A stretch of 64,000 bases of DNA, from the IMG/VR virus record IMGVR_UViG_3300043172_001414; one strand, 5' to 3'. This document shows positions 19,365 through 29,048 of this stretch, in pieces; the stretch's first letter is position 1, and the number at the start of each line of letters is the position of its first letter. This DNA is from a virus (lineage: Duplodnaviria > Heunggongvirae > Uroviricota > Caudoviricetes). A program made the translations under genes and the position numbers. The notes under the pieces were generated by a model. The model worked only from the letters and a program-made list of their open reading frames with translations. It had not been told where the DNA came from and did not search any database.

Positions 19365-21182
19365 TTATAGGCTTAGCTCTGCTAATCTTCGTCTTGCTTC
19401 TCTTGTTCTAAGAATCTGTTTTGATGATTCTGTAATTTCATTGAAGGCATTAATATATCCTTTTAATACCATCTCTTTCTTTACGGATTCATCTAACTCA
19501 TCACCTGCTTTTGTTAACAGACCTTTCATAGCTACAAGAACATCATCTGAAGGTAGGCCAACTACTTTTTCTGTAATTGAATCTATTAGAGCTTCTGCTC
19601 TGTCTTCAGCTGATTCTTTTTTACCATTCTTAAGGTTTGCTTTAGCTGCGGCTTCGGCTTCTTTTCCAAATTCAGTAACGTTCTGACTTTCGTCTTTCTC
19701 ATCACCTTCTTTTTCTTTACCTTTGCCTTTCATCTTCTTCTTGAAGTTGAACTCTTTGTCGTCATCTTCAACGTCTTTACCTTCTGGTTCGACAGCTTCT
19801 TTTGGCACAGGAGTGTTAGCTACGGCTTGCTTAGTAGTTGTTGTTTTGGTAGTGCCTTTCTTGAACTTCCCACCAGGCAAAGAAACATCGTCTCTAGAGT
19901 CGATTCCTTCAATCCCTTTAACATTACCAGCATCAAAAACAGCTTCATCTTTCATTTTCTTTCTGATTTTAGCGTTCTTAATTCCATTGATGTCGTTGTC
20001 ATCATTGTCGTAATCACCATGTTTTTCCAATTTAGCATCGATCTTATCTTTGTTTATGATTTTCTTTCCCTGTGCAGGGTTAGAAGATGCTACGTTCGGG
20101 TTTGAAACACCTTTGAATACATCCATAGACTCTTGATCTTTGTATGATTCGGCTTGTTGGCTACCTTGAAGAGCTGCTAAATGCGATGTTCTTTGAGACT
20201 GAAGTGAATCTGCTTCACCTGCAGCTTTTACCATTGCAGCAAAAGAGTCTGAAGTTTTAAGGTCAGCGTCTCTAGATTTTTCACCTGCGTGTTGAGATGA
20301 ATTAAATTTCTCTAACTCTTTAACTCTTGCGTCAGTAAGCTTGTCAGCTTCGTCGCCACCTTTAGTGAATGTTCCAGTACTATTAGTTGATTGAGCATCG
20401 GCAGTTATTTTTTTGCCTTGAACTTGTTTGCTCTTTAGCTTTTCCTGAGTGGCTAATCTCTGAGCCATTACTTTCTCAGAATCAGCAATTCCTGATTTTA
20501 CTTCGCCACCGATAGATGGATCAACATCTGGATTCTTTGAAGATCCAGCCTGTGGTCTTCCTTCAGTAAAAGTAAACTTGTCGATAAAGTCAATAGATTC
20601 TCTTTTATCTACACCATGATGATCTCTTTGTCCCGACATTTCTGTAGAGCCTAATTGAGTATTTTTCTGTGTAGAAAGATCGCCTTGTCTTTTACCTTTA
20701 AGTTTCTTAGTCTCATCTTTTCCATCTTTAATAGCTTTTTCGCTATTAGAACTGTCAAGATCAGATGTGAAAGTTTTAGAACCTTTGTGTTGGAAAGTGC
20801 TTAGTTTATTGAGATCAGCTTGTCTTTGGGCTTGCGCTGTAGACTCGTTGTCTTTATAACCTTCATAATCAGATATGTTTCCTGATTTCTCTATATCACT
20901 TGTATGTGATTTAGAACCACCTTGTTGTGCACTTGCTTGAGTATTGATTGCAGTTTGTCTCTTATTCTGAGTAGTTACCTCATCAGAAATTTGAGATTTG
21001 AAATCTGCAGCTGCCATAGTACCACCAGCATGAGGATCTGCCTCATCTAGATTTGCGGTATCTATATTGCTTTCATACTCTACATCATCTTCAGGATCTG
21101 TTTGAGTAGTAACAACCACTGGTTGTACAACTATCTTATTAGATTCTCTAAGGAATTGTGTTACGTATTTTGCTATAGACAT
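19365..21182 (-). CDS. Low-complexity K/D/E/G/S-rich protein (possible internal virion or ejection protein)
   Basis: 605 aa; late promoter at about 21230; terminator downstream at about 19311-19341. Confidence 0.45.
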   Translation of the reverse strand: MSIAKYVTQFLRESNKIVVQPVVVTTQTDPEDDVEYESNIDTANLDEADPHAGGTMAAADFKSQISDEVTTQNKRQTAINTQASAQQGGSKSHTSDIEKSGNISDYEGYKDNESTAQAQRQADLNKLSTFQHKGSKTFTSDLDSSNSEKAIKDGKDETKKLKGKRQGDLSTQKNTQLGSTEMSGQRDHHGVDKRESIDFIDKFTFTEGRPQAGSSKNPDVDPSIGGEVKSGIADSEKVMAQRLATQEKLKSKQVQGKKITADAQSTNSTGTFTKGGDEADKLTDARVKELEKFNSSQHAGEKSRDADLKTSDSFAAMVKAAGEADSLQSQRTSHLAALQGSQQAESYKDQESMDVFKGVSNPNVASSNPAQGKKIINKDKIDAKLEKHGDYDNDDNDINGIKNAKIRKKMKDEAVFDAGNVKGIEGIDSRDDVSLPGGKFKKGTTKTTTTKQAVANTPVPKEAVEPEGKDVEDDDKEFNFKKKMKGKGKEKEGDEKDESQNVTEFGKEAEAAAKANLKNGKKESAEDRAEALIDSITEKVVGLPSDDVLVAMKGLLTKAGDELDESVKKEMVLKGYINAFNEITESSKQILRTREARRRLAELSL

Positions 21183-21229
21183 TGTATTCTCCTAAAATAT
21201 AAAACAAAAATTGGGGTGTAATTTTAAAT

Positions 21230-21237
21230 TATTTATA
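21230..21237 (-). promoter_or_regulatory. T4-type late promoter TATAAATA upstream of the 605-aa gene
   Basis: Exact octamer. Confidence 0.5.
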
Positions 21238-21271
21238 AATTCTACGATTTTTTTTGAATTTTTTTGGTTTC

Positions 21272-21709
21272 TTATTTAATCATGCCATTTTTGAATAGCT
21301 TGATGTCGTGATACTGGCGCAATGAATAGCTCATGGTCTGGATGTTCTTTACACAACTATCAAGAAATTCAACTTTAAGTTGTAGGAATTCCAATTCTCG
21401 AACGACTTTAAGATAGTCTTCATCGCCTTCAGCTTGAATTTTTAGTTCTGTCTGATTTGACCACTCACATGGAGCATCGAACTTGTAGTAATTGTAGATT
21501 TTTTTGTATACTCTACTCTTCTCTTCCTCATAATGGCTGTAGGTTCTTCTCTCATTTAGACATGCGTTTGTGTAAAACTGAAGTAGTCTCGGTATCTCAA
21601 TTGTCTTCATATGGTAGTTTTCATCTGTAAAACTGATGTCTTCTTTAGCCCTATTCTTTATTTTTACGAATTCATTCAATGTCATGCTTCTAGGTATTGT
21701 CATATGCAC
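21272..21709 (-). CDS. Hypothetical protein
   Basis: 145-aa ORF divergent from the plus-strand gene. Confidence 0.4.
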   Translation of the reverse strand: MHMTIPRSMTLNEFVKIKNRAKEDISFTDENYHMKTIEIPRLLQFYTNACLNERRTYSHYEEEKSRVYKKIYNYYKFDAPCEWSNQTELKIQAEGDEDYLKVVRELEFLQLKVEFLDSCVKNIQTMSYSLRQYHDIKLFKNGMIK

Positions 21710-21764
21710 TCCTGTTACTATTATATATTAATTGAGTAAAAGAGTCCCTAAAATATATTAAGTC

Positions 21765-21793
21765 TTGAATATTCTGTTAATATAATGTATAAT
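21765..21793 (+). promoter_or_regulatory. Sigma70-type early promoter TTGAAT-17-TATAAT
   Basis: Exact 17-nt spacer; upstream of the D5-like NTPase gene. Confidence 0.55.
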
Positions 21794-21840
21794 ACAAAAA
21801 TGTGATATACTTTAGTTGAACTCTGCCCTCAAGGATCTTT

Positions 21841-23979
21841 ATGGAAAATATTAATTTTATTGTTACTCAACCGGACGGGTTGATCGATCCAGACAACGCA
21901 AATGAAAAACTACAATGGTATCAAATAGTCGAAAAACTAAAGTGTCGCAATGCAACTGAGATTCTGCTAAGCTTCGGTACTAAGCTTGATAATATTAAGC
22001 ACTACGACTTTAGGACTATGGATGTTCTGATGATTGTCTTTAATAAACAGGTTAAGGATAGATTGGTTACATTCTTCCATGAATATAATTTTATGGTCTT
22101 TGAGGGTAATGATAACATTAATTATAATATGCTTGTTCCTTTAGATAGACCTTTGTCTAGTTCCATTATATTTAACTCGTTAAATGATATACTGATGGAT
22201 GGTTTTGGGGATGAGGACATAAGGCTTGATACTTATTTCGAACACCCTATGAAAGATGACTTCTATGTGCAGGAGAATAAGGGTAGGTTCTTGAACCCTA
22301 TAGCATTTATGAAGATTAACTATAAGAAAAAGCTAAGCTATGTAGTACCTATGGGCTTTGATATGGATAAAAAAGAGTACCTATTCTATTCAAAGACTAA
22401 GAATTCATTTGTAGGTATACCATTCGAGAGGGTTAATAAGAACATGCTTAAGGTATTGTGTTCCCAGAATGACTTTTGGGAGTACTACTACCCCAGTTCA
22501 GACCCTAAACAGATCATCGACTGGGAGTTTGCGTGTGATGAACTACGGAATATATGTGATAGCAAGGGCAAGATAGATATATCTAATGGTAAAAGAAACG
22601 GTATATGGGAAGATAATGGTAAATTGGTAGTACACTTAGGTGATAAATTACTGGTGGATGGTGAAGAAAAAGAGATATATGAGTATAGGGGTGAACACTT
22701 CTATGACTTTGACCATAAAATATCATGGGAAGGTGACTCTATAACCCCTGAAGAAGTAGACAAAATGGAAACATACTTCGATATGTTTAACTTTAAGACT
22801 AATAAAGATAAGATGATAGTGATGGGTACAATAATTCCTGCGTTTCTCACTGGTATATTGAGTTGGAGACCATACCTACACATAGGTGGGGTTAATGGTT
22901 CTGGTAAATCTACGGTTGCTAACAACATGCTACGTCCTTTATTCAATGTTTTCAAGAATAAGGTGGCATTGAATGCTACATCAGCTGCAGGTATACAGCA
23001 AGAATATAAGAATAGGGCTAATGTATTACTGTTCGATGAGTTCAAATCGACTGGTGAACATGGTCGTAGTAAGATTGATGGTATACTAGAGCTTGCAAGG
23101 GCAGCTGCATCGGGTAAAGATGGTGTTATTATCAAGGGTACTAGTGGTGGGAAGGCTAATAAAATATCATTAGACTGCTTTTTCATCACCAATGCTACCA
23201 TGTTCCCTGCTAAAGATGTACAGGATAAGGATAGATTCAACATAGTGGAGTTAGAGAAGCTTGAAAACGAGAACTCTAAGATAGAAAGTACCCTACTTGA
23301 TCACTTTACTCCCAAGTTAGGTCTTAAAATCATGAAGAGAGCCGCAAAGATACATAAGGAATTCCTTGAATCTGCAGCTATACTAGAGGAAGCCTTTAGA
23401 AAACTGTTCCCAGATGTTACTTCACGTAATGCACGCAAACTTATGTTACCACTATCCGGCCTATACCACCTACGCCATGATGATATTATTACCCCCCAGA
23501 GTGCGGAAGAGTTGATAGGTACTATAGATTTTACTACTGATACACAGAAAACAATAGAAGAAATAGATTGCTTTGCTGATACTATGCAGAAATTCATGGA
23601 TCACCCATTGAATATACGAGGTAATGAGTCTTCTATCAGGGGGTGGCTATATAAACTCATCACCAATGAGACAGGATCTAGTGTAGATGGTAATATGATT
23701 AAAGATACATTACTAACGAATGGTTTAATGTATAAGGATAACTTCCTATGGTTTAGAATTAACAACCAATCATTGCATAATATCTTTTCCATCTATGGGT
23801 ACGAGTCACACAGACCTATTATTTCACGCTTAGAGGGGTTTGTAACAGGTAAACCTATACTGGTTGATGGTAAGACTCAGAGGTTTGATGGCATACCATA
23901 CGTGTTAGAAGAGGGGCAAGTAGAGCCATCTTTAGAAAGAGATGTTGTATTCGAAGATCACAGTATAGACTTCTCTTGA
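21841..23979 (+). CDS. Putative D5/SF3-type NTPase (primase-helicase-like)
   Basis: 712 aa with Walker A (HIGGVNGSGKST, about aa 347), Walker B (LLFDEF) and an SF3 motif-C-like segment (FFITNAT). Confidence 0.5.
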   Translation: MENINFIVTQPDGLIDPDNANEKLQWYQIVEKLKCRNATEILLSFGTKLDNIKHYDFRTMDVLMIVFNKQVKDRLVTFFHEYNFMVFEGNDNINYNMLVPLDRPLSSSIIFNSLNDILMDGFGDEDIRLDTYFEHPMKDDFYVQENKGRFLNPIAFMKINYKKKLSYVVPMGFDMDKKEYLFYSKTKNSFVGIPFERVNKNMLKVLCSQNDFWEYYYPSSDPKQIIDWEFACDELRNICDSKGKIDISNGKRNGIWEDNGKLVVHLGDKLLVDGEEKEIYEYRGEHFYDFDHKISWEGDSITPEEVDKMETYFDMFNFKTNKDKMIVMGTIIPAFLTGILSWRPYLHIGGVNGSGKSTVANNMLRPLFNVFKNKVALNATSAAGIQQEYKNRANVLLFDEFKSTGEHGRSKIDGILELARAAASGKDGVIIKGTSGGKANKISLDCFFITNATMFPAKDVQDKDRFNIVELEKLENENSKIESTLLDHFTPKLGLKIMKRAAKIHKEFLESAAILEEAFRKLFPDVTSRNARKLMLPLSGLYHLRHDDIITPQSAEELIGTIDFTTDTQKTIEEIDCFADTMQKFMDHPLNIRGNESSIRGWLYKLITNETGSSVDGNMIKDTLLTNGLMYKDNFLWFRINNQSLHNIFSIYGYESHRPIISRLEGFVTGKPILVDGKTQRFDGIPYVLEEGQVEPSLERDVVFEDHSIDFS

Positions 23980-24016
23980 TGTAGTAGGGTAGTAATTATA
24001 ATTTCAACTAAAGTAA

Positions 24017-24050
24017 AAGCAGATTCGATTGAGTCTGCTTTTACTTTTTT
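24017..24050 (+). terminator. Rho-independent terminator after the D5-like NTPase gene
   Basis: Stem AAGCAGA/TCTGCTT followed by a T-rich run. Confidence 0.6.
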
Positions 24051-24054
24051 CTTT

Positions 24055-24330
24055 TTAAATATAAAAATCTTCCGACCATATTGGAGTCTGCTCACCTACG
24101 TATGATCCTTCGACATTGAAATCAAAGTATTCTATGGCCTCCTCGGTGTCCATACCGCCCTCTTTTAAGATGGCAAGGCACTTGGTCACTGAATAGATAA
24201 GTCTCGCTGGTGAGCCTGTATGGACTCCTATGATAGCATCGTCGAACCCGTCCGCAAATAACAGCTCTCCGTATACTTCAGTTAATATTTTTCTCATTCT
24301 TAGTTTCCCCGTTTTAATTATCGTGTACAT
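24055..24330 (-). CDS. Hypothetical small protein
   Basis: 91-aa ORF. Confidence 0.35.
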   Translation of the reverse strand: MYTIIKTGKLRMRKILTEVYGELLFADGFDDAIIGVHTGSPARLIYSVTKCLAILKEGGMDTEEAIEYFDFNVEGSYVGEQTPIWSEDFYI

Positions 24331-25011
24331 TTAATATAATATCTTTTCCTCCCTGCCACCCCTTTTTAATATAATTTATATACTCTCTTATATCTACTTG
24401 TGTTTTTTGAGCCGAAGGCTTAAAATCGAAGATTACAAATTGTAATGTAATATTTTTATTTTTGTAATATGATTTGTAATGCTTAAATCCCTTATAGAAT
24501 ATAGTATAGATTATATATTATATTATATATTACAATATTACTTATTATATATTATATACTTACTATAGAGAGGTAGATAATTAAGAGATAATAGGTATAC
24601 TGATATATGGCTATAGGTGCGGAATTACATGTAATATTGTAATATATGAAAAATATCGCCCCTAGCCCAATAGGAATAACGGTTCATGATATTACACCTA
24701 CTCATGAGATCTGGAATATGATGTGTAATAATTACATCGGTACATAAATTTTATGTATTTTATCCATACACATTGACTTTTACATAAATTTTATGTATAA
24801 TTAATAAATGATTAAGCACTTGTGGTGCTACTGTTCATATCCAAAACTGACCATATCTTTTTTGCGCAAGTAGAAAACGACAATATGACTTTAGAGGAGC
24901 GACTTTAGTTTCACAAGATTTCTTCAAGGACAGACTATTGGTGTCGTGTTCACTAGTTGAATCAATCTGAGCGAAGAGCTTGGATTCGGTAAATCAACAT
25001 TCGGACGAGTC
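24331..25011. repeat. 680-nt AT-rich non-coding region with TTGTAAT iterons and TATATATTATAT low-complexity repeats
   Basis: No ORF; four or more TTGTAAT copies at about 24420-24500 and 24630-24650; (TATATATTATAT)n-like tract at about 24500-24560; an embedded early promoter. Confidence 0.55.
24773..24801 (+). promoter_or_regulatory. Sigma70-type early promoter TTGACT-17-TATAAT
   Basis: Perfect spacing; lies in the AT-rich non-coding region upstream of gp46 and contains a TACATAAATTTTATGTA palindrome. Confidence 0.6.
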
Positions 25012-26808
25012 TTGGAAATAGCAGCAATCGTTAAATCAGAAATCAAAGTTGTGAGTGTTATGTTTGTAGATTTTCTAAATTTGAAGTTTAAGAATATTCT
25101 CAGTTATGGGAAGAATGAGACCGTTATAGATTTTACCTCAGGGTTGAATCAGATTGTCGGTATGAATGGGCAAGGTAAGAGTTCAATACTTGATGCCCTG
25201 TCCTTTTGTTTGTTCGGTCAAACTTATCGTAAAATTAAACTCGATGAGCTAATCAACCGTAAAAATAAGAAGAATCTACTTACTGAAGTCACATTTGTAG
25301 CTAACGGTGATGAGTATCGTATCGTCAGAGGACTTAAACCCAAAGTCTTAAAAGTTTATAAGAACACGGTTGAGCAAGATGAATTACCTTCCACTGCCAA
25401 GACACAGATCGAGATAGATAATATCCTGGGCATTGACTTCGCTTTATTCAAAGAAGTAATTTGTTTAGCAATAAATTATAATGAACCCTTTCTTATCCTA
25501 CCTAAAAACAAAAAACGGGATTTGGTAGAAAACATATTCCAGATCGGCATCGTCTCCAAGATTTTGGCCGAAATTAAGAACAGGCAAAAAGGTGTAGAGG
25601 TTGATCATAAGCTAAACAAATCTTCTTTTCTCTCAGCTGAGTCCGGTATTGAAAGCACCAAGAAGTATATTCATCAGCTTGAAACTCTAGAAGAGAACTT
25701 CGATAAGAATCAAGAGCGCAACCTAAAGGAAATTCAGGCAGAGATAGACCTGTGTGAAGCGCAAATACTTAACTGTACCAATGGTCGGAATAAAGGAGAA
25801 GAGCTTCTGAGCACCCTTATCCTGGCCGGAAAAGACACCCTGATAAACGATAAAGCTAAAGCATCAGCAAAGATTTCAGAATATCAAAACTCTATTAATA
25901 AAAACAATAGGGACATTGCGCTACTTGATGATAATAGCACCTGCCCTCACTGTCAGTCAGAGATAGATGAAGACCATAAACTCAAACATAAAGAAGAGTT
26001 TGAAGTTAATAACATCACTTTTGGATGTGAGATTGAGATACTAAAAACCCTTATCGTTAAATTATCATCCGATATAAACACTGAAACCGATAAAGAAAAC
26101 AAGAAACGAAAGATAGAGACCCGTTTGCTTCAGATTGATTCTGATCTAAAGCATAATACAGAAAAACTAAAGTCTGCCCAGGATCGATATAAAACCATTG
26201 GAAAAGATAAATTTGACACAGATATCGAATCCTTCCGAAAAGACTTCAGTTTAAAAGAGCAAGAAAGAGATAACCTGAAAGAAATAAATACAGACCTGTT
26301 AAAGAAAATTGAAATAAATACAAAATCGATAGAAGTACTATCTGACAATGGAATAAAATCATATCTATACAAAAAGTTCCTCCCAAATTTAAACGCTAAG
26401 ATCAATGAGTACATTAATCTGTTTGCCTTGCCCGTATCACTTAAGTTTGATGATATGATGGTAGAGAGCATCGAGAACATGATTAATCGTAAACCTATCA
26501 GCTACATGTCATTTAGTGCAGGTGAGCAGAAGAGAATAGACCTTAGTATTATGTTTAGCTTTATCCAGATCATGAAAGATATAGCAAATTGGAGATGTAA
26601 CATTTTATTCCTTGATGAAGTCCTGGACTCTTCTACAGATAATGATGGACTACAAAAAATATTAGAATCTTTACAGAATCTGATATACAGCAATCCGAGC
26701 TTATGCATCTATGTGATTTCACACAGACTCCATAGTAAAGACTTGTTTGCTAAAAAATTGAGAATAGAGAAAGAGAATGGCTTCTCCACTGTGAGAACTG
26801 ACATTTAA
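25012..26808 (+). CDS. 46: Recombination endonuclease subunit gp46 (Rad50/SbcC-like ABC ATPase); the true start is probably the ATG at 25060
   Basis: Walker A (GMNGQGKSS), ABC signature (SFSAGEQKRIDLS), Walker B (ILFLDEV) and long coiled coils. Confidence 0.8.
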   Translation: MEIAAIVKSEIKVVSVMFVDFLNLKFKNILSYGKNETVIDFTSGLNQIVGMNGQGKSSILDALSFCLFGQTYRKIKLDELINRKNKKNLLTEVTFVANGDEYRIVRGLKPKVLKVYKNTVEQDELPSTAKTQIEIDNILGIDFALFKEVICLAINYNEPFLILPKNKKRDLVENIFQIGIVSKILAEIKNRQKGVEVDHKLNKSSFLSAESGIESTKKYIHQLETLEENFDKNQERNLKEIQAEIDLCEAQILNCTNGRNKGEELLSTLILAGKDTLINDKAKASAKISEYQNSINKNNRDIALLDDNSTCPHCQSEIDEDHKLKHKEEFEVNNITFGCEIEILKTLIVKLSSDINTETDKENKKRKIETRLLQIDSDLKHNTEKLKSAQDRYKTIGKDKFDTDIESFRKDFSLKEQERDNLKEINTDLLKKIEINTKSIEVLSDNGIKSYLYKKFLPNLNAKINEYINLFALPVSLKFDDMMVESIENMINRKPISYMSFSAGEQKRIDLSIMFSFIQIMKDIANWRCNILFLDEVLDSSTDNDGLQKILESLQNLIYSNPSLCIYVISHRLHSKDLFAKKLRIEKENGFSTVRTDI

Positions 26809-26823
26809 TTTCCTGGGAGCTAT

Positions 26824-27378
26824 ATGGCTAAAGAGAAAAAACAACCTAAAAAAGGATACATAGATAATGCAACCTTCCTAGAAATGCTAAAAGAATATCA
26901 AATTCTTAACTATGATACCACCGACTGGTTCAGTAAAAAGAAAGCTAAAGACGATACGCAGAAGAAATTTCTTGAAAGAAGAAAAAAACTTCACAAAAGA
27001 CGAATCAAATTAGTTGCAGATGAGACACCTGAACAGCAAGATATGAGAATTAAGAAACTCGACATACTTAAAAATAAGCTAGGTAGATTTTTTCTACTTA
27101 TCTGTGATGGTATTCTGAAGAAACCCAACTTCATTAATTATGACCCACTCAGAAAAGATACAATGGTCAGTGATGGAGTATACTTCATGTGCATTTACAT
27201 TGACAGATATGATACAGACAGAAGCAACCCTTTCGCATACTTCACTCAGATAGCCTTTAATGCATTCTTACAGAACATTAATAAGAACAACAAGAATATG
27301 AGCACTTTTACATCACTGTTCTACATAGAGAACCTTGACAGATCTGATAACATTATAATGTTGGACGACTGGGAATGA
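26824..27378 (+). CDS. 55: Late-transcription sigma factor gp55
   Basis: 184 aa (T4 gp55 is 185 aa). NPFAYFTQIAFNAFLQNI resembles T4 NPHAYITQACFNAFVQRI (recalled from memory). Confidence 0.75.
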   Translation: MAKEKKQPKKGYIDNATFLEMLKEYQILNYDTTDWFSKKKAKDDTQKKFLERRKKLHKRRIKLVADETPEQQDMRIKKLDILKNKLGRFFLLICDGILKKPNFINYDPLRKDTMVSDGVYFMCIYIDRYDTDRSNPFAYFTQIAFNAFLQNINKNNKNMSTFTSLFYIENLDRSDNIIMLDDWE

Positions 27379-27475
27379 TTAGGTGCTTGCTATTCATTCT
27401 TACGGCACTACTCCTGGGTCTTACATACCCAGGATACCGTTTGTTGTTTGAAGATATAATGGAACTATTGAAATA

Positions 27476-27949
27476 ATGGAAGATTTTAAAACATATTCGT
27501 TGAAGCCAGGAGGCGTAATGATACTTAACTCAAGTATGTTATACCTCAATTGTCCGTACTGCGAAAAAACCAGTGATGTAGAAAGACGACCTGGCGTAGA
27601 ACAAAATCCAGAGCATCATCATGTAGAGTTCCATATTCAACAACCATGCCCCCTTTGTCATTTCATTATTGAACTTGACTTGTCGTACATAGAAAATGAA
27701 TATGGCATGTACGTAACTTCACACTACACCAATCAAGTTATAACATCTATAGATGAAGGCAAAACACTTACCTTCTATCATAAACACAATCTTGACAAAG
27801 GTCATTATGCAATATGGACAGATTTTTTATTGAATAAATTAATCATATCTAATGCAGATGCGCTACTCCACTCTAAACACGAGTCTAAAAAAGTCCGTGA
27901 TTATTGTTGGGCCTTCCTCAAGAGTGACAAGGAGAGAAAATGTATTTAG
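27476..27949 (+). CDS. Small zinc-ribbon protein, member 1 of a tandem paralog family
   Basis: CPYCEK…CPLCHF. The C-terminal motif KKVRDYCWAFLKSDKERK is shared with the next two ORFs. Confidence 0.5.
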   Translation: MEDFKTYSLKPGGVMILNSSMLYLNCPYCEKTSDVERRPGVEQNPEHHHVEFHIQQPCPLCHFIIELDLSYIENEYGMYVTSHYTNQVITSIDEGKTLTFYHKHNLDKGHYAIWTDFLLNKLIISNADALLHSKHESKKVRDYCWAFLKSDKERKCI

Positions 27950-28071
27950 AATATGCAATCAGCGGATTGATAAAAATGTTTTTCGTGTGCCTATGCTTCG
28001 TACCGTTCGGCATATGGAAAATTGTAGAAATAATTATATGGTTATTTTCTCACGTTAAAATAGAATAAGGT

Positions 28072-28497
28072 ATGCTAGTAGTAAATAAATCCAAACACAC
28101 CGTAAGCTCTGCATGTATATATTGCAAAAAGAAGATTAGATATAAAATAGAATCTATATCATCAATGAGAGGAAGACCGCTGCATTCACACTATATTAGC
28201 CACCACGAATGTACAGATTGTGGATTTGTATGTACTTATAACAAATCATTTGAATCTGAAAATAAGATACACTTTGAGGCTGATGACTTATCTAAAAGAA
28301 TGAGTGATCGAATTAGAAATGCAAGATACTTCAGTGACTTCAATGATATCAATTTTGATAACAGACCCGAAGGAAGATGGGCAAACTTTATAGCGAAGAG
28401 ATTTATTACTACTAACTCAGTAGCAATATTAAATGTTAGAAACAAAAGCAAAAACATAAGCGAGTTTTGCTGGAACTATCTTAAAAAGGAAAGATAA
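28072..28497 (+). CDS. Small zinc-ribbon protein, member 2 of the tandem paralog family
   Basis: CIYCKK…HECTDCGF; C-terminus KNISEFCWNYLKKER. Confidence 0.5.
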   Translation: MLVVNKSKHTVSSACIYCKKKIRYKIESISSMRGRPLHSHYISHHECTDCGFVCTYNKSFESENKIHFEADDLSKRMSDRIRNARYFSDFNDINFDNRPEGRWANFIAKRFITTNSVAILNVRNKSKNISEFCWNYLKKER

Positions 28498-28498
28498 T

Positions 28499-28831
28499 AT
28501 GGGAATGTATGACTATGTGACTTACAAATCTAAGTGTCCGGTATGTGAAACCGACATTCATGAATTTCAATCTAAAGATGGAGATTGTTTATTAGAAGTA
28601 ATTGATATCAGTACGGTTGAAAATTTCTATACAATTTGTGATAATCCTATGTGCGAATCTTGGATTGAATATAAAAACAGTAAGAAAGGTATTGCCATGA
28701 TATCCCCTTCTAAACGCGAACTAAAGAAGATGAGTGAGATCGTATCATATGGCGATGCCATTAACCACTCACGTAGTAAGTCAGAGGTCGTTGCTAAGTA
28801 CTGCATGTTCTTTTTGAGGAAAAAAAGATGA
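28499..28831 (+). CDS. Small zinc-ribbon protein, member 3 of the tandem paralog family
   Basis: CPVCET…CDNPMCESW; C-terminus SEVVAKYCMFFLRKKR. Confidence 0.5.
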   Translation: MGMYDYVTYKSKCPVCETDIHEFQSKDGDCLLEVIDISTVENFYTICDNPMCESWIEYKNSKKGIAMISPSKRELKKMSEIVSYGDAINHSRSKSEVVAKYCMFFLRKKR

Positions 28832-29046
28832 AAAAGAAATATCGAGATATAGTTGTTGAAGACATCAAGTATGCCTATAAGGTTAACCCAGGATGTACAT
28901 GCTGCAATATCTCCATGGGTTTAACCTTATGGAAAGATAATAAAATAATCCTAAATCTTACTCAATCTTATGAAGCATGGGGAACTGAAGTAATTACCCC
29001 AAAGACGGTTGAAGAAACTATAAGAAAATTTATACTACAGGAGTAG
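28828..29046 (+). CDS. Hypothetical small protein
   Basis: 72-aa ORF. Confidence 0.35.
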   Translation: MKKKYRDIVVEDIKYAYKVNPGCTCCNISMGLTLWKDNKIILNLTQSYEAWGTEVITPKTVEETIRKFILQE

Positions 29047-29048
29047 TC

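Noticed and set aside
24480-24640. Possible CRISPR array in the TA-rich repeats
   Set aside because: The repeats are short, AT-only and low-complexity, with no regular repeat-spacer periodicity and no cas genes. Not a CRISPR array.
25012-25059. The N-terminal 16 codons of the tracked gp46 ORF
   Set aside because: The Rad50-like N-terminus (MFVDFLNLKFKNILSYG…) begins at the internal ATG at 25060. The upstream extension is probably non-coding leader, but it is kept within the feature with a note.
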